From assembly GCA_044892505.1 (NCBI GenBank), contig CM097883.1, positions 185,566,001 through 185,630,000 of the forward strand: a DNA stretch of 64,000 bases. The letters are read 5' to 3'. The position numbers and the translations under genes were made by a program. The notes below the pieces were generated by a model that saw nothing but the letters and a program-made list of their open reading frames with translations, was not told the DNA's origin and searched no databases. This document shows, in pieces, positions 11,753 to 23,794 of this stretch (its first letter is position 1; each line of letters starts with the position of its first letter). This stretch comes from Schmidtea nova. Lineage: Eukaryota.

Positions 11753-11791
11753 CGCCTGAAGAAGATTGTTATACAATCGAAATATATCGCG
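11753..11791 (+). ncRNA. Minimal type I hammerhead ribozyme in the Penelope 3' UTR/pseudo-LTR
   Basis: CGC-CTGAAGA-A-GATTG ttata CAATC-GAAA-TATA-TC^GCG: complete core, 5-bp stem II, 3-bp stem I, palindromic stem III (ATATAT). Confidence 0.85.
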
Positions 11792-11868
11792 TTGATGTTG
11801 AATTTACTGAGTTGGCGTTTTTCTATAATTAAATCATTGCCACGTTTTTTTGATTAAATATTATTATT

Positions 11869-12107
11869 ATTAACAAAGACATTGCAGTACAGATGCAAGT
11901 TAACAAAATCATTGCAAGCCAGAATTACAAAGACATACATTCAATAATAATAGTAATAATAATAATAATAATTTAAATAAAAAACATTCAAGGGTTCAAA
12001 ATTTTTAAAACTATATAAATATCATGCGAAAGATATTTGAGATGTGTGTGTATATATTTTCAAACCTTCAAGATGTCAAAATAAAATAATTAAACTACCT
12101 TAACGTA

Positions 12108-12139
<32 letters not shown>

Positions 12140-12250
12140 TTTCCTATCCATTTTGACACTGCAATTCATGTGCAATATTAACAAAGACATTGTAATACAG
12201 ATGCAAGTTAACAAAGACATTGCAGTGGCAAGCCAAGTTAACAAAGACAA
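11869..12250. repeat. Two ~70-bp direct repeats built from TTAACAAAGACATTGCA units, with (TA)n between
   Basis: 11869-11940 versus 12176-12250. Confidence 0.65.
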
Positions 12251-12346
12251 GATGTCAAAAAAAAGACTAATAATTAATCACAAAGTACATTCTCTTAGCC
12301 AATGATAAAAATAAATTAAATGAAAATACATATATTTTGTACGACA

Positions 12347-12841
12347 TTATATGTATATCACATGATATTCATCAATATTAATACCACAAGATTCACACTT
12401 ATCAATATTTTTTAAACATTTTGAACAAATAATGACATGTCCACAAGGTAAATATAAAATGCCAACTCTGTTGATATTACATATTGAACATGTGAGAAAT
12501 CTTTGTTTGGTTTCTTCCAATTTATTGGTTACATTTACCTCTAAAATATCCACATTCAACATGAAAGTTCGAATAATAGTACGATATTTTCCAAGACGAA
12601 ATTCCATACATGACCAGAAAATGTAATTCAAATTGAATTCAGTAATATCGATATCATTAAGAATCATAATAAAACTGGATAATTTCATCATAGGTTTATC
12701 ATATCCGAATGATTCTGTTAAACCAATAATTAATTTATTATTAAAGGATTTGAATAATTTTGAAAGAATGTCGATATCGCATTTCTCAATCGAAGTTAAA
12801 AGGTCATCAAGTATTAAAAATGATTGGATCCAATTGTCCAA
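12347..12841 (-). CDS. Intronless 164-aa protein with C-terminal IAP/MDM2-type C3HC4 RING finger (putative E3 ligase)
   Basis: CSICNINRVGILYLPCGHVIICSKCLKNIDKCESCGINIDEYHVIYI*; all ligands intact; RING ends at the C-terminus as in IAPs; no BIR seen. Confidence 0.8.
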   Translation of the reverse strand: MDNWIQSFLILDDLLTSIEKCDIDILSKLFKSFNNKLIIGLTESFGYDKPMMKLSSFIMILNDIDITEFNLNYIFWSCMEFRLGKYRTIIRTFMLNVDILEVNVTNKLEETKQRFLTCSICNINRVGILYLPCGHVIICSKCLKNIDKCESCGINIDEYHVIYI

Positions 12842-13204
12842 AGTAATGAAATTATCTGTAACCTAGTTTAAAATAATTAATTGAAATATATATATTTTTA
12901 AAACTAACTTTATTTGTTTCTTTATTCCTTTACGTCAATCAATATTATTTACAAGTTGTATTTATATTGCAAAAATCAACCAATTTAATAACCAACCATT
13001 TTATTGACCAACCAATGATTGAAAGTTTTGCTAAACTGATACATTGAAATGATGATAAGGGACATTGAAAATTAGGTAACAGTATATTTATTATTAGAAA
13101 TATGTTCAAGTAATGAGCTTTTGCACATAAAAACCATCACAGAATAGGTTCTGCTACTAGGGTTTTGATCACAATGTTCTGCTACTAAATGTTCTGTCAC
13201 TATG

Positions 13205-14420
13205 ATAAATACATGAAAATTTATCATACTATTGAGATAATCACACATATTATTCTTAAATTATAGTACCAATATATCAAAAATACATAAAATATACATT
13301 ACATACTTGAAATATTATCACAAAGTATCATTACATACATGAAATATCATCATACTATTGTGTAAAATACATACAAAATATCATCATACTGCAATTACAT
13401 AGAAAATCAACAAAGTTACACACAAAATATGAAAAGTACATAGAAATTCGTCACATACAAAAACATTATATATATGAAATATTATCAAAAATATATACAA
13501 AATACATAGAAATTTATCACATACGTACAAAATATTACCATACTATAGTGAATAAATATACATACAAAATATCAGAAATACAAACATACATAAAATTTCA
13601 TCTTACTATAGTTTGATAACATAGAAATACTTGTAATATCCACAAAATACAGAAACTAACAAAGATATATAGTCATCACACATACAAAATATCACATATA
13701 AGAAATATCATTACAGATTATCACATGCATGAAATATTATTATACTATAGTGCAAATTACATAGAAAATATCAAAAGGACATGAAATATCATCACAAAAT
13801 TATAGGAAATTTCCACACATTAGAAATACATACAATAAAAATCATAAAAAGAATATTATCACACCAGTGCAAAATTATCACATTGCACAAAAGCTTATGA
13901 TATATATGAAATATTATTATACTTTTATGTAAAATACAAAGAAAAATACAAACATATGCACAAAATATTATTACATTATAGTGCCTAAACATCAGAAATA
14001 TTCACAAAATATATGAAATATAATCAAAAAATATCAAAGATTCACAAAGAAAATACACAGAAATTATCATATTATTGTTTGATAACATAAAAATACATTG
14101 AAATACATAGAAAATTATTAGAATACATACAAGTAATACATACATACATGAAATATCATTACACAAAAGTTTATAACATACATGAAATATCTACACACAA
14201 AATATCAAAAGTACATAGAGATAAATCCTATACGCAAAGCATATCATTACATATATGAAATATTATCACAAAATATCTTTACATACATTAAATATCATCA
14301 TACTTTAATGCAAATACAGACAAAATATTATCATGCTTTATTCCAAATACACTCCAAATACACTCTAAATACACTCAACAAAATATTATCATGCTATATT
14401 CCAAATACACTCAAATTCTC
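13205..14420. repeat. G-poor degenerate minisatellite (AAATATTATCAC / AAAATACATAG units)
   Basis: Strong strand asymmetry and recurrent 10-12-bp motifs. Confidence 0.7.
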
Positions 14421-14452
14421 AATTAACGAAACCGTTTCTGTATCGCTGCTTG

Positions 14453-15033
14453 ATGTCATTTTCATTGTATGAACTTGCTCGAAATCGTGGAACTAGTAGG
14501 AGAATTCCGTGTATTATTGCTGCTGGAGTTGTTATTTCAACTGGAGAATTCCTGAGAATTGACAGATGCCCCGGAATCCTCTCGAAAGTCCATTTGAGTG
14601 TTGATTATCTTGTTACGGACATGAATAAATATTATTATTTGGTTTTTGCTCGAATCAAAAATGGTCAGTTATATTACAAACGACAAAATGCGAAATTGCA
14701 ATTTCTCTGCCATTCACAGCTTCATAGAATTCACGAAACTTTTTGTAACGCTTGTTGTTTACAAACAAATTTATGATTGCCTGAAAGACAGTGAAGACAC
14801 ATCCAGACAGATTGTTTTGAAGGAAATTATGAAAAGCTTCCTATTAGATACAGTATTATTTTTCTTTTGCTTTTCCTTCCACAGTGTAATTCAGTTTTTG
14901 TCTGAATTCAATGATAATATTGAGTATTCCATTACGGATAAAGGGTATCGAATAGGCATGGCCATGATTGTAATGTATGCTGTTGTTTATCTTTACATTT
15001 CAATGATCATGAACAATAAAATTCTTAAAAACG
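14453..15033 (+). pseudogene. Intronless, frameshifted ORF of an unknown membrane protein, truncated by a gap
   Basis: ORFs 14450 and 14646 overlap in different frames; hydrophobic segments LFFFCFSFHSVIQFL and IGMAMIVMYAVVYLYISMIM. Confidence 0.35.
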
Positions 15034-15365
15034 NNNNNNNNNNNNNNNNNNNNNNNNNNNNNNNNNNNNNNNNNNNNNNNNNNNNNNNNNNNNNNNNNNN
15101 NNNNNNNNNNNNNNNNNNNNNNNNNNNNNNNNNNNNNNNNNNNNNNNNNNNNNNNNNNNNNNNNNNNNNNNNNNNNNNNNNNNNNNNNNNNNNNNNNNNN
15201 NNNNNNNNNNNNNNNNNNNNNNNNNNNNNNNNNNNNNNNNNNNNNNNNNNNNNNNNNNNNNNNNNNNNNNNNNNNNNNNNNNNNNNNNNNNNNNNNNNNN
15301 NNNNNNNNNNNNNNNNNNNNNNNNNNNNNNNNNNNNNNNNNNNNNNNNNNNNNNNNNNNNNNNNN

Positions 15366-18300
15366 TGTCATCATTTTTTAACAGCTCTACCACATCACGT
15401 ACAGTCCGCACTCCTCGTCATTGATTCCGATGATCCATTTCATCTAGCAAAAATCACTGATAAGTTGGTCACACGACCACCTGTCCGAAACGTACCAACT
15501 ATCATCGCACCAGTTTCCGACTCTTCAATGCAGGAAGAGATATTTTCTTTGACAGAAACTGTTGATGAGATACTCAAATCATCTCAACCAAATGCATGCC
15601 CCCAAAGAAACGACAAGTCGAATTCTTTTCCCCTTCTGACTTGTTATTCTCAAAAGAAATTCTTTTCCGAAGCCAGAACATGTCATATCGGATGTTCATG
15701 GCCAAACCCTCCCTTCCACTTTGAGAATCATTCCTATTTGGATCTATAACAACATTTCCGGTTTACACGCCAAAAATGTCTTGCAGGTTGCACTTTGGTA
15801 GCCGTCCCTCAAATAAATCACATGACAAAAATCATTCCAATTCTTCACAAAAAAACTAGCTCCGCTGTCTGTCAACCCTGGATTTTCAGGTGGCGTCCTT
15901 GCAATCAACAATATCTTCACTGTTGAAGCAAACGTCGATTCCAGCTCATCTATTCATTTTCTCGTCGATTCCTGCTCGTCACTTTCAATCCTTCCAACAA
16001 CTTTCACACTAGATTTAAAATCTCCATTCACTGTCTTAGCCGCCAACAGCACGCCGATTCAATTTTTGGGAACAAAAAACTTTCATTCATAATACCAACA
16101 TTAGAATCAACTTTCACTCATATTTTCCACATAGCAGACACGATCCACTCAATACTAGGCTCTGATTTCTTATGCAAACAATCCATCATGGTAGATTGCA
16201 AAACCCGCAAGTTGTTCACTCTAAAACAAGACATCGACTATACATCAAAAAGTTCATCGTCGAATGTAGCATCAGTCTCTACTCAGATATCTCCAGTGAC
16301 ACAACTAAACTCGATTCAACAGATTTCCACGACGGAAAGCACTCAACACACATTAGACATCAACCAATTAGCCAATCCAGATACAATGTACGACATGATC
16401 AAATTAATTACTAACAAATATCCAAATTTCATCACTAAATCAGCTACCATACCACCCACTACCCTGTCGACTCACTATATTCACACATTGTCATGCATAC
16501 CACAACACAATTGAGCCAGACCTCTTTCTTCCACCAAACTCGACGCAGTCAAAGCCGAATTCGTTTTTCTAGAAAACGCAGGCATTATACGTCGTTCATC
16601 TTTACCATGGGCTTCATCAGTACACGCAGTCACAAAGAAAGACGGATCATTTAGACCTTGCGAAGATTATCGACAACTTAATCAAGTAACAGTGCACGAT
16701 GCATACCCAATGCCAATAATCAAAGATGTAATAACACGCTTGTCTCAATCTACTGTGTTCTCAACTATAGATCTTTCGAAAGCATACCACCAATTTACCA
16801 TCCATATCGATGACGTCCCCAAAATTACCGTCATGTTCATACATGTTCATGCCTTTTGGTCTCAGAAATGCAGCTCAGTCCTTAAAGCGTTTCATGGATA
16901 CAATTTTTCGTGACGTTCCTCACACTTTCGCATACCTCAACGATATCATCATTGAGTCACCTGATCGAGGTAGTCACGCAGATGATTTACACACGGTCCT
17001 TGACTTATCGAACCGCTACAATTTACATATAAATGTGAATAAATGTATTTTTTTTCAAGAACTCGTCAGATTCCTCGTCACATACTTTCATCTACTGGTT
17101 GTGAACCTCTACCCGAAAGACTCGACGTAATCCGCAGCTTTCTTCTGCCAATCACCATGACACAACTACGTAGCTTTTTAGGCATCGTCAACTTCTGCCA
17201 CAGATTCATTAAAAACGCATCTTACATAACAACACCTCTTTCAACACTGAATACAGGGAAAAGGAATTCTGTTATCAATTGGTCCGACACAACACGTGAC
17301 TCATTCAACAAAGTCAAAGACGCTCTAGCAAAGATAAACACTCTTCGCAACCCGCGTCATGAACTCCCATTCACTCTGACAACTGATGCATCCAATATTG
17401 CTACAGGCGCAGTTTTTCACCAAATTAAGGACGGTATCTTACTTCCAATTGAATTTTTTTCGAGGAGATTCTCGTTGGCAGAGTCAAAGTACAGTGCATT
17501 CGACAGAGAATTACTTGCTATCTTTTTAGCAGTCAAACATTTCAGTCACATTTAGAAAGAAGACAATTCACAATCTTCACCGACCACAAACCTCTCATCC
17601 ACTGCCTCACCATGAAAGACCCATCGAACAGAGTACATCATCAGATAACATACCTATCAACTTTCGACATTAAGTTCATTCACGTTTCAGGTAAAAATAA
17701 CGTAGTCGCCGATTATCTTTCTAGAAACATTTCCTCATTTCCACACTCCAACAAATTCTTCGTTCAACAACGCCAAATACAGCTGATCTTGCCCGTTTCA
17801 AAGACTCGCTCGAGATAATAGACGGTATACATTACGACACAACGAATAAAAACACTCTTAGACCAATTTTACACTCGTCACTCAGAAAAGAAGCATTCTT
17901 CGCGATTCATAATATACATCACCCAGGAATTAAGTCCACATACCACCTCACACGACAAAACCTCACCTGGTTCTTGTTATTCAAAGACATAAAACATTGG
18001 GTTTCGGAATGTACAGGCTACCAACAACACAAAATGAACAAACATACTAAACCACCAATCACACAATTCCCGACTGGTTCAAGATTAGGCATACTCCACA
18101 TCGACTTAGTAGGGAAACCTTTCGCCGACGACGGATTCTGCTAAATCCTAACAATGATTGATAGGAAAACACGGTGGCTCAAAGCTGTCACAATTTCCGA
18201 CATCACTGCAAAAACGGTCGCTGCAATACACGCTTTAATATCCACTTGGTTTTCACGTTATCGAATTCCAACCGCCATAATCACAAATCAATAAACACAA

Positions 18301-19111
18301 TTCGAATCAGATCTTTTCGAACATTTGACCACCAGCCTCGGCATCAAACATTTACGAACCAGCTCATATCACCCACAAACAAAAGGTCTCGTAGAACGCG
18401 CCCACCGTACTTTTAAGTCATTCTTCAGAATACTCTCAACGACAACTTCATGGACCAAATCATTACCATTCGTCTTGTTTGGTTGACACAACACACACAA
18501 CCGATTAAGTGGTGTGTCACCTGCACAACTTTTGTTCGGTTCAAACACCTTCATGCCCAACGAACTCATAGACCTCCAGAATGACTCCTCCAGAATGACT
18601 CCAGAGATCAACCTTACCCGCAAACATTTTCTGAGTCATGATACAAACCCATTTTTCACATACTTTACTTCATACAAACCGTTTGTACCACAATCACTTT
18701 CCTCCGCCACCCACGCTTGGATGAAAACAAGTGACTAAAACTTCAAACTTAGATACAAAGGTCCTTTTCGCATTATCGAACTATACAAAAATACGGCAAA
18801 ACTAGAAATCGATAACAACTACGTTATGTTCAATCTATCGCGATTAAAACCATCCTTTTGCACCCTTGAGTATGATGAATCACCAAATTATCATATCACA
18901 AAAGAGGATATTATAGAGGAAGACATTTTAGAAGACACAGAACAACTGATCACTCTTACAAACACGCCTGATTCCTTACGTCCTCAAGACAACCCGCCAT
19001 TCTTTTCAAGACGAACACGCAAACTCCCTCAATACCTCTCCGATTATGACCTTCAGTGACTTACTCAGCACCAAAGCCCCTTTTTTAGCTTAGAGACGCT
19101 CCGCGTACTTC
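15366..19111 (+). mobile_element. Decayed Gypsy/Ty3 internal region (gag end, PR, RT, RNase H, IN)
   Basis: FLVDSCSSLSILP (PR); PWASSVHAVTKKDGSFR..DYRQLN, IDLSKAYHQ, MPFGLRNA, YLNDII (RT); TDASN..YSAFDRELLA, TDHKPL (RH); HHPG, HIDLVG (IN). Many frameshifts. Ends at the 16-mer ACGCTCCGCGTACTTC shared with the pre-PPT of the 42364 element. Confidence 0.93.
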
Positions 19112-19147
19112 TTCTTTTCATTAATTAATTTATTAAATAATTTTTGA

Positions 19148-19606
19148 ATGGAAGATTTAAATAGCTTTGTTTTAATATTTACTTTTTTTCTCTTTTTAAA
19201 AAAAATCCAACATGGTCCGACAAGTACTAATGCAATTTCTTCCAATCAGGATGAATCAATGATGTCGCCAAACATTGTCATAATGATGTTAATGAATTCA
19301 TCAGAAACCACTCAAACTGCTGCGTCACAATCTAATCAAATGTTGGCTCGAACCGATCGATCTAACAATCAAGTTTCATATCTCGTTAAGTCACACGCAT
19401 TTCTCAGCATCTCAAGTAGTGGATCTAACCAAACAAACTGCTCAACAACGAGTAATGATGCTGGATCTATAATGGATAAAAATCAACGGCCTAGACTGTC
19501 AAAGATGCACTTGATGTTAATTCAGAATATATTTTATGTCTATCCGGCTTTTATCAAATTAATTGCTTTCCTACAAAGAGAAATTCAAATAGACAGCAGT
19601 TTTTAA
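19148..19606 (+). CDS. Unidentified S/N/T-rich ORF (possible exon or element accessory ORF)
   Basis: 152-codon open frame in AT-rich DNA with a hydrophobic N-terminus; no recognisable motif. Confidence 0.2.
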   Translation: MEDLNSFVLIFTFFLFLKKIQHGPTSTNAISSNQDESMMSPNIVIMMLMNSSETTQTAASQSNQMLARTDRSNNQVSYLVKSHAFLSISSSGSNQTNCSTTSNDAGSIMDKNQRPRLSKMHLMLIQNIFYVYPAFIKLIAFLQREIQIDSSF

Positions 19607-20214
19607 CTAAGATGAACATCAAATCAATTTTACGCATTAAAATTGCAACGCCGAAGAACCTTTATTTAAATAAATGTTATTTATTGTTGGTAATTTATTT
19701 CAAAGTTACAACAACAATATTTTCTAGAATCCCAAATTTTAATTTATTTTTAATTTTGGAAGTCTTCAGAGTAATAATGGATATCAAGTATTATATATCA
19801 AGACTAAAAATGATGAGAATACTTGTGAGAATATTGCACTATTGAATGTTGAAAAATTCAAAAGCAATTGGAAAAGATTTTATTATTTACATTTCATTCT
19901 TCATCGTGACTAGAAAATAGACTGTAACAAAAAACAAAATTTTATTTAACATGAAATAGTTTTCTAGTGATGGGTGCTGCGTTGAAATAGTTTGTTTGCT
20001 GAGCTGCATCTTTTCTTTATTCAATTGAACGTGCATTTTTTTCTTTTTGCAATTATTAAAACAACTCTATAAATATGTCGNNNNNNNNNNNNNNNNNNNN
20101 NNNNNNNNNNNNNNNNNNNNNNNNNNNNNNNNNNNNNNNNNNNNNNNNNNNNNNNNNNNNNNNNNNNNNNNNNNNNNNNNNNNNNNNNNNNNNNNNNNNN
20201 NNNNNNNNNNNNNN

Positions 20215-20443
20215 CCTTTGATCTTTTTTTATTATTATTATCAATAATTCTCATAATGACTATAGATCAAATTTTTTTTTATAAACAATAACACAATATT
20301 TCGGCACAGCCTTTATCAAGTGTGTATTTATGTGTTTTTATGTATTTATGTGTATATATACACACTTGATAAAGGATGTGCCGAAATATTGTGTTATTGT
20401 TTATAAAAAAAAATTTGATCTATAGTCATTATGAGAATTATTG

Positions 20444-20448
<5 letters not shown>
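20215..20448. mobile_element. Fold-back/MITE family member (hairpin with microsatellite centre)
   Basis: ~100-bp inverted arms matching 2125-2342; followed by (TA)n. Confidence 0.75.
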
Positions 20449-20478
<30 letters not shown>

Positions 20479-23200
20479 CAAAAGCACTACAGAGCATTTA
20501 ATTTAATAACTATTTTTTATCAATGAATAAAAAAGTTGAAAATTTTATTTAATCAATATTAAACAATAATAAACTCATAACATATATTTTATTATTTTTC
20601 TTAAGTAAATTAATATATTTTATTTAAATTATTTCTAATAAATTCTAACTATGCAATATTCCATGTGTGCCGAAAGCTTTAATTTCTGACGAATTAATCT
20701 AATTTAGCATAACAGAAACGGAAGTTAAAAATATTGAAATGTTAAATGTAAAATTGATTATTATACAAAAATTATTTATCCCAGTCATTAGTGAGGCTAA
20801 TGAAATTTCAATTTTGTTTACTCAAAAAAATTAATTTAATTTAATTGAACGAAATTAATTATAAAATCAAAAGAAATTATACATTCTCAACTGTGGTATG
20901 AAGGCAGATTAAAAGAGTTGATTATTCAGATGGATACAATACGGTTTTAAAATAAGTTTAAAAATATTTATTTTTACTAAAAATAAATTAACAATATTAA
21001 AAAGTGTTAAAAAAACTTCGTAAAATTTATGAATAAATTATCTGCTAAGGAGAAATCGGTTTTGACAATTTGGAATGATAATAACCGAGAGAAGGATGGT
21101 AAAAGGAATTCCAGATACCCGAATGTGAGGCCAGAACTTTGTGTTAATAAATACGAATATTGATATTCAGTCTAAAATAAAATAAAAATATAAGTGTCGG
21201 AATAAAACACATAAATTATCTTTGACAAAACATTGATAAATCAATACTAAATAAGCAAACTATTTACTTAAATAATCGAAGTCTTCACTTCTTAAATTCT
21301 TTCTCACTTCTTTAATTATTCTATTCTTTTTTTAGTCTTGTCTTGAGGATGGATTTCAACTTGATGTGGAGAAAGTCCTTTGATGTTCTATGAGGCTTTA
21401 TTTTATCAATAACTTTTGAATAACTTTTTGATCAATTACAATTGATATTTGATATCAAAATAAAGATGTCTATTTCTAAATCTTTGTGTCTCATCGATCC
21501 TCGTAGTCCACGTTTGGTCTTTATTTTACTAACCTTCAAAGAAAGAATCTATGGTCCTTGTTGACTACCCAAGAAAACTCGTTTGTTATCTTGTTTGAAC
21601 TGTACCAAACAGGATAAAGTCGTTAAGCAGGTGAACCTCTCTAGTAAAACTACTCCCCGGACTATCTCCAATTTCCTTGTTCTGACTGTCGTTAGAAGTT
21701 CATACGTAAAGCTTCATTTCTTCCTTTCCTCCTTGATGAAAAATCTAAAATGTTACTTTCTGACTTTCCACGTTTTTTCCCTATAATTATCCACAATCTA
21801 CTGGTGATTTTTCTGTTAAGATTAAGAATTAGAGGAAAATGATAACAGAAATACGATTATGCCTAAATAAATGTTGTACCAATCATTTATACACAAGTAT
21901 TTCTGTACTATGTACATCTTGTTGATTAACTCAGTCTCAGTAAGATTTGCAAGGAAATCAATTTGTTTATCGTGCTTACGCTTCTTTTGACTGAGCTTCT
22001 CTTTTAGACTGTATTTTAGAACTAATGCTGTTGTTAAGATTATTATGGCCGGTTCTGTTGCTATCAAATTTTCCTTGCATTTTATGACTTTGGATATTTT
22101 TAAGGTAAATTCCTAATTTATGAAAGAGCGATTCAGAGCCTCCCGGCAATTTTGCAGTTCAAAATAAGAGTCCAAGAGTTTTGCTTTAAACATTTCTTAA
22201 TATGAGAGACTAAAAGAGAATCGGGTGGTAAGATAGATAAATAATCAGAACTCCTTATATTTTTCTCTCACATTCAAATAATGCATGTTTATGCAGTTAA
22301 TGCATGTTAATGCATGTTTAAACATTGGCATCGCATGAATATGACATTATTTCTATTGTTCTATAAATGGAATATAAAAATTTTTTAATTATAAACTAAA
22401 ATGAATTTAAATTGGTTTCGTTAAATGTTAGTTTTTTGAAAGTGTAAATAGTGCAAAAAATATATAAAAATAAGTTGCAACATCAAAATAGAAATTATGT
22501 ATTATAGGACAGTGAATTAAATCAAAATAGATAAAATGAGTTAAAAGACAATGAATAACATTGAAATAGGTAAAATGTGTTGTAAGGCGATGAATAACAC
22601 CAAAGTGTGTGTAATGAGCAGTATTGTGGTCGCTGACAGCAGAGGTGATGAGAGCGGGTATATTTCAGTGAATAACATCAATAACGTCAAAATATGTTAT
22701 ATTTCAGTGAATAACATCAATGGTGTTGAGAAAAGTAGTATTTCAGTAAATAACAGAAATAACGTTAAATTAAGTGGTGGTTCAGTGAATAACATCAATA
22801 TCGTCAAAATATGTTATATTTTAGCAAATAACATCAATAGTGTAAAAGAATTTATATTTTAGTGAGAAACATCAATAGCATTAAAATAAGTTATGTTTCA
22901 GTGAATAACATCAATAGCGTCAAAATATGTTGTATATCAATGAATAAGATCAATAACGTTAACATTAGTTGAATTTCAATGAATAAGATCAATAGTGATA
23001 AAGTAAGTTACATTTCAATGAATAAGATCAATAGAGTTAAAATAATTTGTATCTCAGTGGATAAAGGCAAAAGCGTCAAAATAAGTTGTATTTCAGTGAA
23101 GAACATCAATGTCATTCAAATAAATAGTACATCAGTAAATACCATTGAAAAGGGGGGAATGCATTGTAACTCGATGAATAAACTCAAAATTGAAAACATA

Positions 23201-23794
23201 TGTAGTGCCTTAGATTAAATTTTCAATTTTATAAATTAATTAATTATTAAATGTATTAAATTAGATGTTGTTTTAATATTTACATATTTTCACTTTTTCA
23301 CGCTGATCAAAAAAAATGCAAGCTGTTAACAATGATTCGATATGCCAATTCACTCAAGACATTCACAGCGACTCGTTTTCATCAAATGACAACAATTATC
23401 AGTTCTACTCTAGTGGAGATTGTGTAGTCGATATTCAAAGAAGAAACAATTACCAGTTCCGTAGATTGCAGAAATGTTTCGCTGCTGGAATGCGTAAAGA
23501 AGCCGTACAAACTGGAAGATGCTTGTCAACAACTGGATCAATATTAATATACTATCCAGACAAATCTGAAATATATAACTCAAAAAATCTACAAATCAAT
23601 ACATTGGATCACAATTAATCTCGATTAAAGGATTATTCGCCAGCACCAGAAATCAATCAATACGGACTGTCATGGAGCTTGCTCATTTCAACTCTTGTTA
23701 TCATCGGTCAAGATTTCCAGTTGCGAAAAACCGACTTATCAATTAGCGATCAATTTCTATTAATAAAATCTGATTTACTTTTAGTATTCCTACA
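23201..23794 (+). mobile_element. Solo-LTR-like element carrying a nuclear-receptor fragment (copy 2)
   Basis: TGTAGTGCCT...TTCCTACA with inverted TGTAG/CTACA ends; 5-bp TSD ACATA (23196-23200, 23795-23799). Confidence 0.8.
23316..23618 (+). pseudogene. Nuclear receptor zinc-finger fragment, more decayed copy
   Basis: [35 protein letters not shown]. Confidence 0.7.

Larger units (their letters stand above)
8408..11809. mobile_element. Palindromic head-to-head Penelope-like retroelement (5'-truncated copy plus inverted copy)
   Basis: 8408-10048 is the reverse complement of 10169-11809 (one substitution noticed, P/T), with a 120-bp spacer. The left arm runs into a gap. Encodes RT + GIY-YIG. 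Confidence 0.93.

Noticed and set aside
21250-22070. Coding-looking minus-strand segment
   Set aside because: Many stops and no recognisable motif; cannot be assigned by eye.
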